The translations under genes and the position numbers were made by a program. Under the pieces are notes generated by a model. That model did no database searches and was not told the DNA's origin. It worked only from the letters and a program-made list of their open reading frames with translations. A stretch of 64,000 bases of DNA from the human T2T-CHM13v2.0 reference genome, Homo sapiens: assembly GCA_009914755.4 (NCBI GenBank), contig CP068257.2, forward strand, positions 33,056,001-33,120,000, written 5' to 3'. This document shows, one piece after another, positions 29,301 through 43,402 of the stretch (the stretch's first letter is position 1; every line of letters starts with the position of its first letter).

Positions 29301-32300
29301 CACTGGGCATCCAGCAAAAGGCCGGGAAGGGATTCAGGGAAGTGTGTGGGTGGGACTGGGAGGAGGGAGTCACCTCCCGTCTGATCTGCCTTAACTCTTT
29401 CTCTCTGGCTTTTCATCAGTTTGGTTCAGCTGCCAACAGAGAGAGCCCTGGCTGGGTCTTCTGGCCCCTTTGTTCCCCTCTGAGGACAACTCTCTGGCCT
29501 CCCACACCTCACTCTGTCTCTGACTCTGGCCTCCTCTGGTCACCTACTGTTTTTATTCAGCCTGAAGTCCCCCTGGCACGCTGGAATGGAGCGGCCCATT
29601 ATCACTCACTCACTCTCCACATCCTGCGATGGCAAATCAGCTGCTTGCTCCCAGATCCCTCCACCAGACGCCATGTCTTTCTCCTGGTTTTCTGCAGGGA
29701 CTGGCATCCTTCCCTGCACACGGATGCATTTCCTGCCTCCTCGGTTGAAAGCCAGTTATCAGAAAATACCCAATTAAAATATTACCGCTTTGTGGCCTCT
29801 TTATCTTCTCTCCACCACCTCCAAATTGTTTTTCATTATATTTGGGCAGAGTAGAGAAAAGTGCTTACTTGATGGAACGTGTTCACCATGTAAGCCCACA
29901 CAGAATTTTCTAGAAAGATGGTAGAATCAAGAAGGTGGTAGGGGGTGGCTTGCTCTGGTGAGAAGGAGAGTGTGGGGTGTTGAGGAGCAGCCAGGAATGT
30001 CTTGGGGAGTCATCGCCCCGTCAGGTCTGCGTCGGGATGCCAGGTGTTTGGTCCTTTGAAGGCAGTGGTGGGGCAGAGAGCTGTCTAGTGGGAGGTGGCT
30101 GTGTGGGTGGTGCCCTGTACATGTAACTCCAGACCACTGGAGAGGCCATTTGCCTGAACAAAAAGAAGGAATTAAGAAAAAGGCCTTTTTTCTAAATTTG
30201 GGTAGAGTAAGCATGAAAAGAGCCGGCAGGAGAGTCTGTAATTTAGAGAGGGCGTGTGGTGAGGAGGAACTGGTGACCTCGTGGTGCCATTTGGACCCAT
30301 ACGACTCGGACCTTGGTGGGGAGCCCTGAGACAGGGAGGTTCACAAGGCCAGGACCCAGCAGAATCCCCAGGTTCTCAGATGACGAGGCTGGTATCCCGA
30401 GAGCTTTTCGGAATGTGGTGTCAGAGGCTTTGGAGGCACCGTTTCTTTCTTTCGAGAATTACCTTTGGAGGAACTCAACAAAGTTGAATTCGAAAGGCAA
30501 ACATGCAATTCTGGGTTATCCAAGCACCTAAGTCTTCGCTGGAAACAAGACACTCTACATTCTCAAACTGCTTACTTTGATTTGATCAGAAATGTATATG
30601 TACAAAAATTTCCTTCCTAAGCTGAGAATCCTGCTGAGAAATTTTAGCCCAGAGTGCACTTAGCCTGAGAGAGTTATCAGCACTGGGGGAAAATGAAGGC
30701 TGTGTATGATAAAATGTCCCAATTATGGCGACAGTGTCAGTTATTCCCTCGGAATATATGTCTTTATCCCATCATCTTGTCGGGCTAATGAATATGACCA
30801 AGGCCATCCTCTCCCATTATTGCTCAATAATGGGCAATGGAGATGGCGTATCTTCGCCTTTATTTTTGCTGGCACATCCAGGCCCTGAAGCACATTAAAG
30901 TAATAAAATTAGGCAGCAAGTCATCCCAGTCACTCCCACCATGTTCCCGTAACCCCCTCATTTACAACAGACTGAGACAGAAAGGAATTTTTTAGAGCAA
31001 TTTGCGATGAGGCAATACTGGATATGTAAATTCTGTTTTATTGGCAGTCACTGCTGCTGGCTAATTCTAAATGCCTAACAGCCTTTGGTTCACTAGCCAT
31101 GCTGGGTCGGGACACAGTTTGGTTTTAAGGCCACAAAGGGGGAAATGTATAATTGCAACTTTCTTCCGTGTCTTAAGCTGTGGCCGAACAGATATTGTCC
31201 CATCCTGTTTCTGGCCAGATGTTCCATTCCAGTGGCAGATCCGAGAAGGAGCCTGTTAAGAAGTTTAAGTTTTTACTGAGTTGGCTGACTAAGGCAGTTT
31301 TTATTTTTTGAAAAATTTATTGCTCCTACCGGCTTTATTCCCCCTAAAGAAGTAGCTGCCAGAGTTCAGGAAATAGCAAGAAAAACAATTTCAAGGGAAA
31401 TCACTAACTTGAGTTTGAGACCAGAGACCGAGCAGGCGGAGAGCCCCGTGCAATATAATTATTCTGCAGATGCCACGGTGGAAAGAGGCCACTGCAAGAA
31501 GGGTCCATTCCAGAGGCAGAGCTTTGTCTAGGGGTGCTTGAACAAGATGCCCCTCACTGGAACGGGACACACACACTCAGGAGAGATTTGCCACATACAC
31601 AGTGAGTTATAAGAGGGTTCCAAAAGTTAGAGAGACGGGAGAAAAAACGAACACAGTTGCCCCACTTCGCAGAACTTATTTTAGACTTTGCTGTGCTTCA
31701 TGTAACTACTATAAAAATGAGAGGTTTACAAGCTGCAGAGCAAGTCGGGACTGGCCAAAACATGCGTCCTTGCACTTTCTTCTCCCCGCTCCGCCTTTGC
31801 TTGGCTTGACTGCTCAAACCTGCAGTAGTTAAGAAAGTTCCACGGTTTAAGAGGGTTCCCAGGTCATCAGCCACTGGGAGTTTTCTCTGACTCAGCTCTG
31901 CACTTCCACTTGCTCCAGAACAGGGAGTGAGGAGGAGATGGGGGTGGCCTTCGAAATGGCCATAGGGTGGTGGGACCCCAAGGTGGGGAACAGCCTCAGG
32001 TGGACGAGGGGATGCTTTTCAGGGCCCATCTGCCGGGACTTGTTGTGACCACTTGGATGTATGTGTCATAACTGTCCACCTTCCACCCTTCAGGCTCCCA
32101 GCAACTTCAAGATACCTGGAGAGATTCTCAGACCCTCCCCTCTAATAGGCAGAGAGGAAATTAATGCTGGCGTGGGGAGGGGAGAGTGGGAGAGGATGTG
32201 ACGCACAGGCCCAGAGCTTAGGGACTCTGAATTCAGTAATCTGGGTCTATTGGTGCCCCTTCATATGCAGTAAGGTCACCTATTAACTCTGTGTTTATGG

Positions 32301-32621
32301 AGCTGTATTTATCACCTGGAAAGTGATATCATCCTGCAAGTCTTCTTATCAATGGATCATCCAATTGGGGGTTCACATTGTTTTGTCTTACACATTGACA
32401 ATAATGCTGGTAGCATCAGCCTTATCTCTTGCCCGAGATTGGACTAAGGCTGAACTTCTCACAGCATGGTTTCTGACCACTGGCATTGTATCACTTTGGA
32501 GGAACATGTTAAAAATTCACATTCCTAGGCCCCATGCAGCAGGACCCACTGAATCAAACTCTGTATATTTTTTAAATTACTATTTTAACATTCTTTTCTT
32601 TTGTATTTAGGTAAAACTTAC

Positions 32622-33049
32622 TGCATTAGGCTGTTCTCGCATTGCTATAAAGAAATACCTGAGAGTGGGTAATTTATAAAGAAAAGAGGCTGAATTGGCT
32701 CAAATGCTGCAGGCTTTGTAGGAAGCATGGTGCTGGCATCTGCTCAGCTTCTGGGGCAGCCTCACAAAGCTCACAGTCGTGGAGGAGGGCAAAGGGGGAG
32801 CAGGCACGTCACATGGCCAGAGCAGGAGCAAGAGAGAGGGAAGTGCCACGTACTTTTCAACAGCTCAATCTTGTCAATCTTGCAAGAACTCACTGACTAT
32901 CGAAAGGGCAGCAGCAAGGGGATGGTTCTAAACCATTCATGAGAAATCCACCCCCCGACCCAATCACTTCCCGTCAGGCCCTGCCTCCAATACTGGGGAT
33001 TACAATTCAACATGAGATTGGGGCTGGGACAAATATACAAACCATATCA
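32622..33049 (-). mobile_element. MaLR LTR (MST/MLT-like), minus orientation, ~0.8 kb upstream of CLIC6 exon 2
   Basis: tgcattaggctgttctcgcattgctataaagaaatacctgagagtgggtaatttataaagaaaagaggc...tggggattacaattcaacatgagattggggctgggacaaatatacaaaccatatca. Confidence 0.85.
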
Positions 33050-33289
33050 CTTATATTCAGTAAAGTACCCAAACCTTAAGACTTTTATCACTCACATACA
33101 CCCGTGTAGCCACCGTGCAGATCAAGACATAGAACAACATTGCCACCACCCAGAAGCCTTCCTTTTGTCCTTCTGAGACAATAGTATCTTCCAGGGACAT
33201 CTGCTGTTGACTTCCACCATCATAGACAAGTTTGCCCTCTACCTACCCTGAATCATGCAGGAAGCTTTGAGTCTGGTGTCTTTCTCTCA

Positions 33290-33480
33290 ACATTGTGTGT
33301 GTGAGATGCACCCACACTGTTGCTTGTATAATAGCTAATTCTTTTCCATTGTGGTGTAGTATCTCAAGGCATGGAAATACTACACTGACACAAGTATTCT
33401 ACTCTTGATAGTATCTGGGTTGTTTCCAGGTTTTAGCTATTATACCAAAGCTGCTAAGAATAGTTGATCCTTGGAGAGGA
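33290..33480 (+). mobile_element. Possible old L1 fragment
   Basis: ctgggttgtttccaggttttagctattataccaaagctgctaagaat resembles the L1 motif ttgtttccagtttttggctattatgaataaagctgctatgaacat. Weak. Confidence 0.35.
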
Positions 33481-33863
33481 TCGAGAGATAGAGGGAAGGA
33501 AAGGGCGTGTCTTTCTTTTTCACATTGGTGATAAAGGGAGTTCCCATTGCTGCTCCTTCCATCAGTGAGCTGCTGCTCAGAGGCCCAGTGTGGCAGGCAG
33601 TGGTGAGGTGGTGGGGAAGGAAGAAAGAAAATGCTCAGTGCAGTGCATACATGTGCATGTGCGTGCGTGTGTGGTGTTCTCTCCCCTAACCCCTACATCC
33701 ACCGCCAACTCCACATTGAGGCTGGTAAAATGGCCTCAGGAGGATATTCGCAGCATCCTGACCGTTCTTATCAACCTGCAATGATTTTGCATGTGCATGT
33801 TGTGGTGTTGGCACTTATAATTGTGAGACTGGCTCAGATAGAAATCTCCTTCTCCACTTGTAG

Positions 33864-33973
33864 GCTGGTTATGATGGTGAGAGTATCGGAAATTGCCCGT
33901 TTTCTCAGCGTCTCTTTATGATTCTCTGGCTGAAAGGCGTTATATTTAATGTGACCACAGTGGACCTGAAAAG
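33864..33973 (+). CDS. CLIC6: CLIC6 coding exon 2 (110 nt), encodes [36 protein letters not shown](R); acceptor ttgtag|GCT, donor AAAAG|gtaag
   Basis: Hand translation matches the CLIC N-terminal thioredoxin-fold motif ([16 protein letters not shown]). Phase-0 start, ends after 2 nt of an Arg codon. The 110-nt size is the conserved CLIC exon 2. Confidence 0.85.
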
Positions 33974-34018
33974 GTAAGACAAGGCGTCTGCCTTACTGAA
34001 ATAACTGTACCTAGTTCT

Positions 34019-34021
<3 letters not shown>

Positions 34022-34066
<45 letters not shown>
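34022..34066. repeat. (CA)22 perfect dinucleotide microsatellite in intron 2, 48 bp downstream of the exon 2 donor
   Basis: gcacacacac...acacacctga read directly; exon 2 ends at 33973. Confidence 0.95.
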
Positions 34067-34068
<2 letters not shown>

Positions 34069-34539
34069 GAGGCCAACGGTGCTGCATGGGCACGTCCATC
34101 CTCAGTCGGAGTCTGAACTGAAGCCCACATGTGGGCCAAGCAGTCATGACAGGGTCGGCTGGGCTGGAGTCAGGAAGGAGGAGGAGTTGGGGGTGCCGTG
34201 AAGAACCTGCTTCTCCAGTTGCTGGTCAGCTGTGACTCTCCCAAGCCTGTCTGAGCACCATCCCTGGCTGATAACACTGGGGAGAGTTAACTTTTTCACC
34301 TCTGTTTGTTGATATGCCCCTTTGTGCTCCGTATTCACAAAGGGGCACCTCAACAAGCCCATCATTTGTTAATGAATGCCTTTACTTTCATCGCCAGCAA
34401 GACATTTTCATAAACCCACCATCTACTTTGCAGTTCTCAAGAGTTGCTTCTCTTAAACTGGTGAGGACGCGGCTAAGCCCTGGAAATGAGTCCAGATTCT
34501 CGCGGTGGCCCATAAACACTGCTGTTTCCTCCCACCTAG

Positions 34540-34665
34540 GAAACCCGCAGACCTGCAGAACCTGGCTCCCGGAACAAACCCTCCTTTCATGACTTTTGAT
34601 GGTGAAGTCAAGACGGATGTGAATAAGATCGAGGAGTTCTTAGAGGAGAAATTAGCTCCCCCGAG
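34540..34665 (+). CDS. CLIC6: CLIC6 coding exon 3 (126 nt), encodes (R)[41 protein letters not shown](R); acceptor cacctag|G, donor CCGAG|gtagg
   Basis: Completes the AG|G Arg codon from exon 2. The peptide is typical of the CLIC family. The 126-nt size matches CLIC exon 3. Canonical AG/GT boundaries. Confidence 0.85.
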
Positions 34666-35295
34666 GTAGGCCTCAGAAAACCAGTGTTCATAACTCGATT
34701 GTCACTTTCCCCCACTAGTAGTCAGTTCTAAAGCTCTGGGCAGTGTGTGTGTGTGTGGTTTTCTGCAGCCCACGGTGCTCACTTCCTTAATCATAACCCT
34801 GGTGTAACCAGATTAGAGTTCGGGGACCTGGGTTTCATTGTGCTGCACCTGCAGCTTGGCAATCACAGTTTGATGGCAGGAAGTGGGAGGAGATGGGTCC
34901 AGGGTGGGTGGTTGGCTGTATCCTAGACACCCTGCTGGAAGCTATGGAGTATGTGTTAGGAAGAAGTATCATGGATTTTTGGACCTCGGGGGAGCTATTT
35001 CTACTCCATCCCCTTCGTTTTACTAGGGAAGCACCTGAGACCAGCAAGGCCAGGTGGGGTCCTGTGTCCCAGAACTGGCCACTGCCAGGAAACAGCAACA
35101 ATCCAAACCTCTCCGTCCAGTGCCATTCTCCTAGATGTTGTTACTTCCCAACCTTTGAGAGGAAAAGGGTCAGGAAAACGTTGAAGGAAAGCTTTTCATT
35201 TTTATACCCAGAGAAAGCTGTTTTTCTCCATTGTATAGTATTATCTTCACTAAAACATCACTTGTCTGTGATCCTCCAATTTTGAACTTTTCAAG

Positions 35296-35402
35296 GTATC
35301 CCAAGCTGGGGACCCAACATCCCGAATCTAATTCCGCAGGAAATGACGTGTTTGCCAAATTCTCAGCGTTTATAAAAAACACGAAGAAGGATGCAAATGA
35401 GA
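35296..35402 (+). CDS. CLIC6: CLIC6 coding exon 4 (107 nt), encodes (R)[35 protein letters not shown](I); acceptor tttcaag|G, donor GAGA|gtgagt
   Basis: In-frame continuation. The provided ORF 35231..35446 contains this peptide. 107 nt matches CLIC exon 4. Strong GTGAGT donor. Confidence 0.85.
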
Positions 35403-35952
35403 GTGAGTACCTCCCATCCTCCTGTTTTGTTTCAACACAGACTTGAGTCTTAGCATGGCGGCCCATACGCTCCTGGGGTATTCCCATCTATTTCCCAGTG
35501 GGTAGAGAAGTGAGTCTGGAGCTACAGAAAAAGTGCCTCCAACTTTGAATCTGCACGTGGGCTTCAAGAGATGAATGCTTCTTTTGAGGCTGGGAACTCA
35601 GAAAACAACATTTTTAGGGAAAATAGTCATCACCCAGGTGTTCCGGACACACCATGGGAATCATGTTCAATGATGTTTCTGCCAGTCCACGTCTCCCCAC
35701 AGGCTTTCCATAAGTATTTTTGAATAAATAAATCACTTCTAGAAGGAGCAATATTGTGTAGACAGCAGTGTGATTTTCCAGGGAGGAGTGAGCCCTTTAT
35801 TCAGATATTCTACATCCACCTGCTGCCTTCCCAGCACCCATTGCTTGCTGGCCACATCTCAGCGAGGAAGGGAAGCAAACTCCATCACAGCTGGTGAAAA
35901 GTGACATGCACTTGCAAACCTCTGTTTGTGATTTCTTGCCCTTCTGTTTTAG

Positions 35953-36134
35953 TTCATGAAAAGAACCTGCTGAAGGCCCTGAGGAAGCTGGATAATTACT
36001 TAAATAGCCCTCTGCCTGATGAAATAGATGCCTACAGCACCGAGGATGTCACTGTTTCTGGAAGGAAGTTTCTGGATGGGGACGAGCTGACGCTGGCTGA
36101 CTGCAACCTCTTACCCAAGCTCCATATTATTAAG
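35953..36134 (+). CDS. CLIC6: CLIC6 coding exon 5 (182 nt), encodes (I)[60 protein letters not shown]; acceptor ctgttttag|TT, donor AAG|gttcat
   Basis: The provided ORF 35901..36443 reads through this exon in frame. The peptide contains the CLIC signature [18 protein letters not shown]. 182 nt matches CLIC exon 5. The donor is weak (GTTCAT). Confidence 0.85.
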
Positions 36135-36586
36135 GTTCATCTTCCCTCCCGACACGTGTGCCGAGTACACGAACGGGGCTTTGTTTTATTTTGTTTTTAC
36201 TTGTGTTTGGGCCAGACATTTAAACAGTCTGAAATGTGGAGACTTGGATTAAAAACACTAGTTCTGTTCGGGGCAGCCAAGCCCCAGCTTTCACACACAC
36301 AGAAGATGGGCTTCGGGTGTTCTCAGAAAGTGCCTGGGAACATGGCCCCACCTTCTGCTTCTCTCTCAGCCTTACTCACACAGCCTAAAGACAGGTTATG
36401 TGAAAGCAGCCTGAGGAATTTCGTAGATTATACCTGGTGTTAGCAATTGAGAATTAGAGATGAGGCTCGTAGAATCTGGGGCTATTCAAATGTGAACGCA
36501 GTCTACTGTTGGTGATTGTAGGGCTCCACATGGCCCCTTCTAGGGATGACAGAGGAGTGTTCTATTAGCTTTTAACAGTGACCCTT

Positions 36587-36880
36587 GGCCAGGTGCAGTG
36601 GCTCATGCCTGTAATCCCAGTGATTTGGGAGGCTGAGGTGGGAGGATTGCTTGAGGCCAGGAGTTCAAGACCAGCCAGGGCAACATAGCGAGACCCCATC
36701 TATACAAAAAATAAAAAAAAAAAATTAGCCGGGCATGGTGGTGTGTGCCTGTAGTCCCAGCCACATGGGAGGCTGAAGCTGGAGGATCACTTGAGCCCAG
36801 GAACCTGAGGCTGCAGCAAGTTAAGGAGGTGGCACTGCACTCTGGCCTGGGTGACAGAGTGAGACCCCATCTCTAAAAAC
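36587..36880 (+). mobile_element. Alu SINE (AluS-like) in intron 5
   Basis: ggccaggtgcagtggctcatgcctgtaatcccagtgatttgggaggctgaggtgggaggattgcttgaggccaggagttcaagaccagcc... Confidence 0.9.
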
Positions 36881-37126
36881 AATTAGGTTATTAATTATTT
36901 ATTTATTTTAAAAAAACATTGACCCTCAACATCCAGGAAGCAGCTGGCAGCTTTTGGCTGAGTCTCTGCCATATTTGTTGCCCTGCCTTCCCATATAGTA
37001 GCTGAACATGATTTAAGAGCCATGAGTCATGTATTATTAGGGCTTAAAGACCTGCCAGACCCGTGGTTCTCCAATGTTAGTAGGCATACAAACTGTCTGG
37101 GGAGCTTTTTAGAAATGTGAGTCCCC

Positions 37127-37593
<467 letters not shown>

Positions 37594-37829
37594 CTATCAC
37601 TTATAGAAGTTGAATGTGATTGCTGTGATGAGATTGCTATGTCCTTGGCCCTTAGCAGCTCCAGATACCTCAGGAAGAAGCCCATGCCTGGCTCTGGGGC
37701 ATTTTTATGATTAAAATCCTGCCAGGGCCAGAGCCAGGTGGTTGGTATAAGTGTAGGGGAGATGGGAGAAACACCAGGAAAAATAAGTCATGGACTGTTT
37801 GTTCTAATAACACATTTAGTTAGCATTTA

Positions 37830-38150
<321 letters not shown>

Positions 38151-39423
38151 CATGTTAGCTTCACACAGTCTATGGTGCTGAGGCTCCTGTGGGCTCCCGG
38201 CCACCCCTGGTGACTCTGCTTCATTCTTTTGCCTTTGTCTTCCTGCATTTCTTCTTTCTATCCTCTTCCCCTCTCGGTCCTGGCCCTGTTGCTCCCTTCT
38301 TCTCCCTTCCTTTTTGTGCGTGAGGATACTGACTTGAAATGCAGGCCTTCAGGAGGTTGCTGATCCCTTGGGCAGATGTCTTTTCAATAGCTTTGCCAGT
38401 CCACCAATATCCAAAATTTAATGAAAGCATCTCCACCCCTCAAAACCTGCTAAATTTGGGAGCTGCCTTCTAACAGGATATTTATGTAGCTGTGTTTTGA
38501 TTGAGTCCCTTTTGGTAAATGCTTTTTAGTCCCTACTGTGACCAGCGTAGCATTGCAGAAACACATGAAACTTGAAGAAGAGGGGGAGAAATATCCCAGC
38601 CACAGAGCATTCATGGCCCCTTGTTTAGCTCCCATGAGAAAAGATGATTTTAAATTTCAGTAGAAAGGGTAAGCTTTAGAGTGAGATTGCAGTTCATGGC
38701 TCCACTATAAGACCCAGAAGAAAAATCTGCAAGGCCATTTAGCACTCACAATACCCAACAGCTTAATGATCTTCCAGGATGGAGTACTTCTGAAAGGAAA
38801 TGAGAATCAATCTAAGGGAATTATGGTAAAAGATGAGAGTGTGAAGGGATTTATAATTTATTCCCCTGCCAGAAACCCAGCAAAAACAATATCAAAATAG
38901 GGTATTAGCTTCATCTTTTTTGTAAAACTACAAAGGGATGACAGATCATCGACTTAAAGAGTAGGAAGCTTCTTTCAGTGGGAGGAGCCACAGAACCATT
39001 ACATGTTTCTCCGTATCTTTAGCAAAGTTCAGATTTCTCAAAAGGTAAAGAACACAGTCCTGAAATACCCAACTCAAACTTCTTTGCTTGAGGCCTAGAG
39101 CATGAGATGGGCCAGGAGGGAATCACAGAACTTCCCTATAGAGACCCTTGTTGAGCTGAGATCTCTAGGGAGGCAGAATTGAAGGAGGAGCCACACAGAG
39201 ACGCCATCTTTCTAGGCTGTGACCCAGCACCTAATCCAGAGGAACAGTCTGGAGGGGAGGTAAAGAGGGAGGAAAGGAGGGAAGTGGCATTTTGCATTGT
39301 GACTGCTGAGCAGAGAAAAGAATCTAGGCCCCAGCCAGTCAAGAGAGAGACTAGAATTGCCCAAACTTCGTTTCTAGCCACAGTGGCCTTCTGCCTAATC
39401 TGTGAGCCTCAGAGTGGAGGATG

Positions 39424-39500
39424 CCCTAACCCTAACCCTAACCCTAACCCTAACCCTAACCGTAACTCTAACCCTAACCCCAGCCCTAACCCCAACTCTA
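39424..39500 (-). repeat. Interstitial telomeric-like repeat: degenerate (TTAGGG)n on minus strand = (CCCTAA)~13 on plus, in intron 5
   Basis: ccctaaccctaaccctaaccctaaccctaaccgtaactctaaccctaaccccagccctaaccccaactctaa. Confidence 0.9.
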
Positions 39501-39779
39501 ATGTGTCTCTCTGGGGCAGAGCAGTGGTTGGCGACAAGGTGCTTGGGAGCAAATATTCCAGTTGGTTGGCCACCTGCCCTGTCTCACTCCCTTTGCCCTC
39601 CCCACTGCTTTTAAGCAAATGATAGGTCCAGTAGATCTGCCTCATTCAAAGAAGGCCAATACCAGAGAGAATGCCAGTGAGACCTTGGGGTAGACAGAGT
39701 TGATTGAAAAGAAGGGGGTGGGGGGAGGAATGATAAAGACAAGAAACAAAAACAGAAAAAGACAGATGGGAAATACATA

Positions 39780-41620
<1,841 letters not shown>

Positions 41621-41789
41621 TCACATTGCATCAATGACTGCTGGCCTCCAAAGTCTGCGCAGTAAGCCCCAAAGATCTTCTCATTAACCCCATGCCTGCA
41701 TCATGCAGACATCCTGGGAACCAGTGGGACAGGAGGCAGCAAAGCCCAACTGGCCTTTATGGCTCTGGGTCTCCACTTCAGGTTGAATT

Positions 41790-42200
41790 GTGCCCTCCTC
41801 CCAATTCCTGTGTTGAGATCCTAACCCCCAGTAGCTCAGAATGTGACCTTATTTAAAAATAGGATCTTTGCAGATGTAATTAGTTAAAATAAAGTCATCG
41901 TGGAGTGAGATGGACCTAATCCAGGATGGCCAGTATCGTTGCAAACTGGGGAAATTTGGAAAGAGAGACACAGGGAGAAGGCTCTGTGAAGATGGAGTTA
42001 TGCTTGCACAGCCAAGGCACTGCCAGAAGTGGAGAGAGAGCCTTCCCTAATGCCTTCAGAGGATCCATGACCCTGCTGATACCCTGATCTTGGACTTCTG
42101 GCCCCCAGAACTAGGAATCAGTAAACTTCTGTTGTTCTAAGCCTCCCAGCATGTGTTACTTTATTATGGCAACCCTAGCAAACTGGTACAGTCCCCAGTG
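41790..42200 (+). mobile_element. MLT1-like MaLR LTR in intron 5
   Basis: ...atttaaaaataggatctttgcagatgtaattagttaaaataaagtcatcgtggagtgagatggacctaatcc...cctgatcttggacttctggcccccagaactaggaatcagtaaacttctgttgttctaagcctcccagcatgtgttactttattatggcaaccctagcaaactggtacag matches the MLT1 3' consensus. Confidence 0.75.
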
Positions 42201-42891
42201 TTCTGCACATCTTTGTGACTAATTCCCCAACTGTACCCCTCTTGCTAGAGGAAGTATCTCACACTGCTGTGTTTCTCTTGGTGCTGTCTCTCGACTGCTT
42301 CTTCCTTACACCCACCATCCCCATGAGGGTAGGGATTTGCATCTGCTTTGTTCATGAATCTCTCCTCCGCACAGGCGGGCCCCACGATCAGACGATGCTC
42401 TTAGTGGCAGCATGATGGCATTCAGGAGGATTAACATGCACAGATGTTTGGGACTGGAGAAGTGAGGTTCAGCAAGTAGGAAGAAGAGAGGGCACCATTT
42501 AAACAGCAGATCCACCATGCGTCTTTATTCACATAGCACCAAGTAACACAGTAGCACAACATATGGAAAGAAAGTAACAGGCAACACAAAGAGAAATCCA
42601 CCAGAGTCCAGAGCATACTCGTGCCAGCGGATTCCAAGACCCATCTGTGACAAACTGGTGGGCAGAACTATGTGCAGTCACTGTAGTGAGTACAGGAACT
42701 TCATAGCCCTCCTCACACCCAAGATGGCCCTATGCAAGTCAAGATGCCGTGGTGGGTAGCCCGGATGACTGTGGGATGACATGGGAAACTGGGAAAGAAT
42801 GTATTGCATGCCTCAGAAGAATGGACTGTCTGACTTGGGAGCCTACCTTAGCAAGTTTTCCCTTTACTGATCATTTTCTCTTCATTTTCAG

Positions 42892-43053
42892 ATTGTGGCC
42901 AAGAAGTACAGAGATTTTGAATTTCCTTCTGAAATGACTGGCATCTGGAGATACTTGAATAATGCTTATGCTAGAGATGAGTTCACAAATACGTGTCCAG
43001 CTGATCAAGAGATTGAACACGCATATTCAGATGTTGCAAAAAGAATGAAATGA
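42892..43053 (+). CDS. CLIC6: CLIC6 terminal coding exon 6 (coding part 162 nt incl. stop), encodes [53 protein letters not shown]; acceptor ttcattttcag|ATT
   Basis: Phase-0 exon ending in TGA at 43051-43053. The C-terminal peptide is the conserved CLIC tail ([27 protein letters not shown]). It matches my memory of the CLIC6 C-terminus (...[11 protein letters not shown]). Confidence 0.85.
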
Positions 43054-43400
43054 AGCTGGGCTGTTTTCTGTCTTATTTCTCAGTTGAGTGAGCAAGGATA
43101 CGAAAACAGTGTGTTTGAAAACAAATTAGGTTTGGGTTCAATTCCTTCAATTTTTAAAAAACTGGTCTCTGAGAGTTTTTTAAATCATTGAGAGCCTGTT
43201 TTTCTTCTCTAAAACATTAGTTTAATTTTCTTCAAAATGAAAATACTGCTTTGTAATTACAAAATGAGACACACCTATCTTGATATTTTAAAGCAATATC
43301 AGAGGGTGTAAAGAAGGACATTTTAACAATCGCCTTCAATTTTACTCCACTTAATTACCGAAAACTTACTGGAGAACATGTTCCAAATCTTCAGTATCTT

Positions 43401-43402
<2 letters not shown>

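Noticed and set aside
29252-29854. 200-aa ORF on + strand, and overlapping 100-127 aa ORFs on the minus strand (28705-29416)
   Set aside because: They lie in the GC-rich intronic block. The translations (…GWDWEEGVTSRLICLNSF…, …PGEPEGYYCQHLAYGMAGACERDTREPW…) match nothing I recognise and overlap each other in several frames, as expected from GC-rich non-coding DNA.
33600-33700. GT/GC-rich tract (gtgcatacatgtgcatgtgcgtgcgtgtgtggtg) as a possible Z-DNA or regulatory element just upstream of exon 2
   Set aside because: Short and imperfect. Plausible Z-DNA former but too weak to call. The (CA)22 downstream of exon 2 is the stronger candidate.
35901-36443. 180-aa ORF on + strand
   Set aside because: Only the central 182 nt (35953-36134) is the real CLIC exon 5. 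The rest is in-frame read-through into introns 4 and 5 (…[24 protein letters not shown]…) with no CLIC homology.
39402-39645. ORFs encoding (LT)n / (PNPN)n / (LGLG)n peptides on both strands
   Set aside because: Artefact of translating the (CCCTAA)n telomeric-like repeat in three frames.
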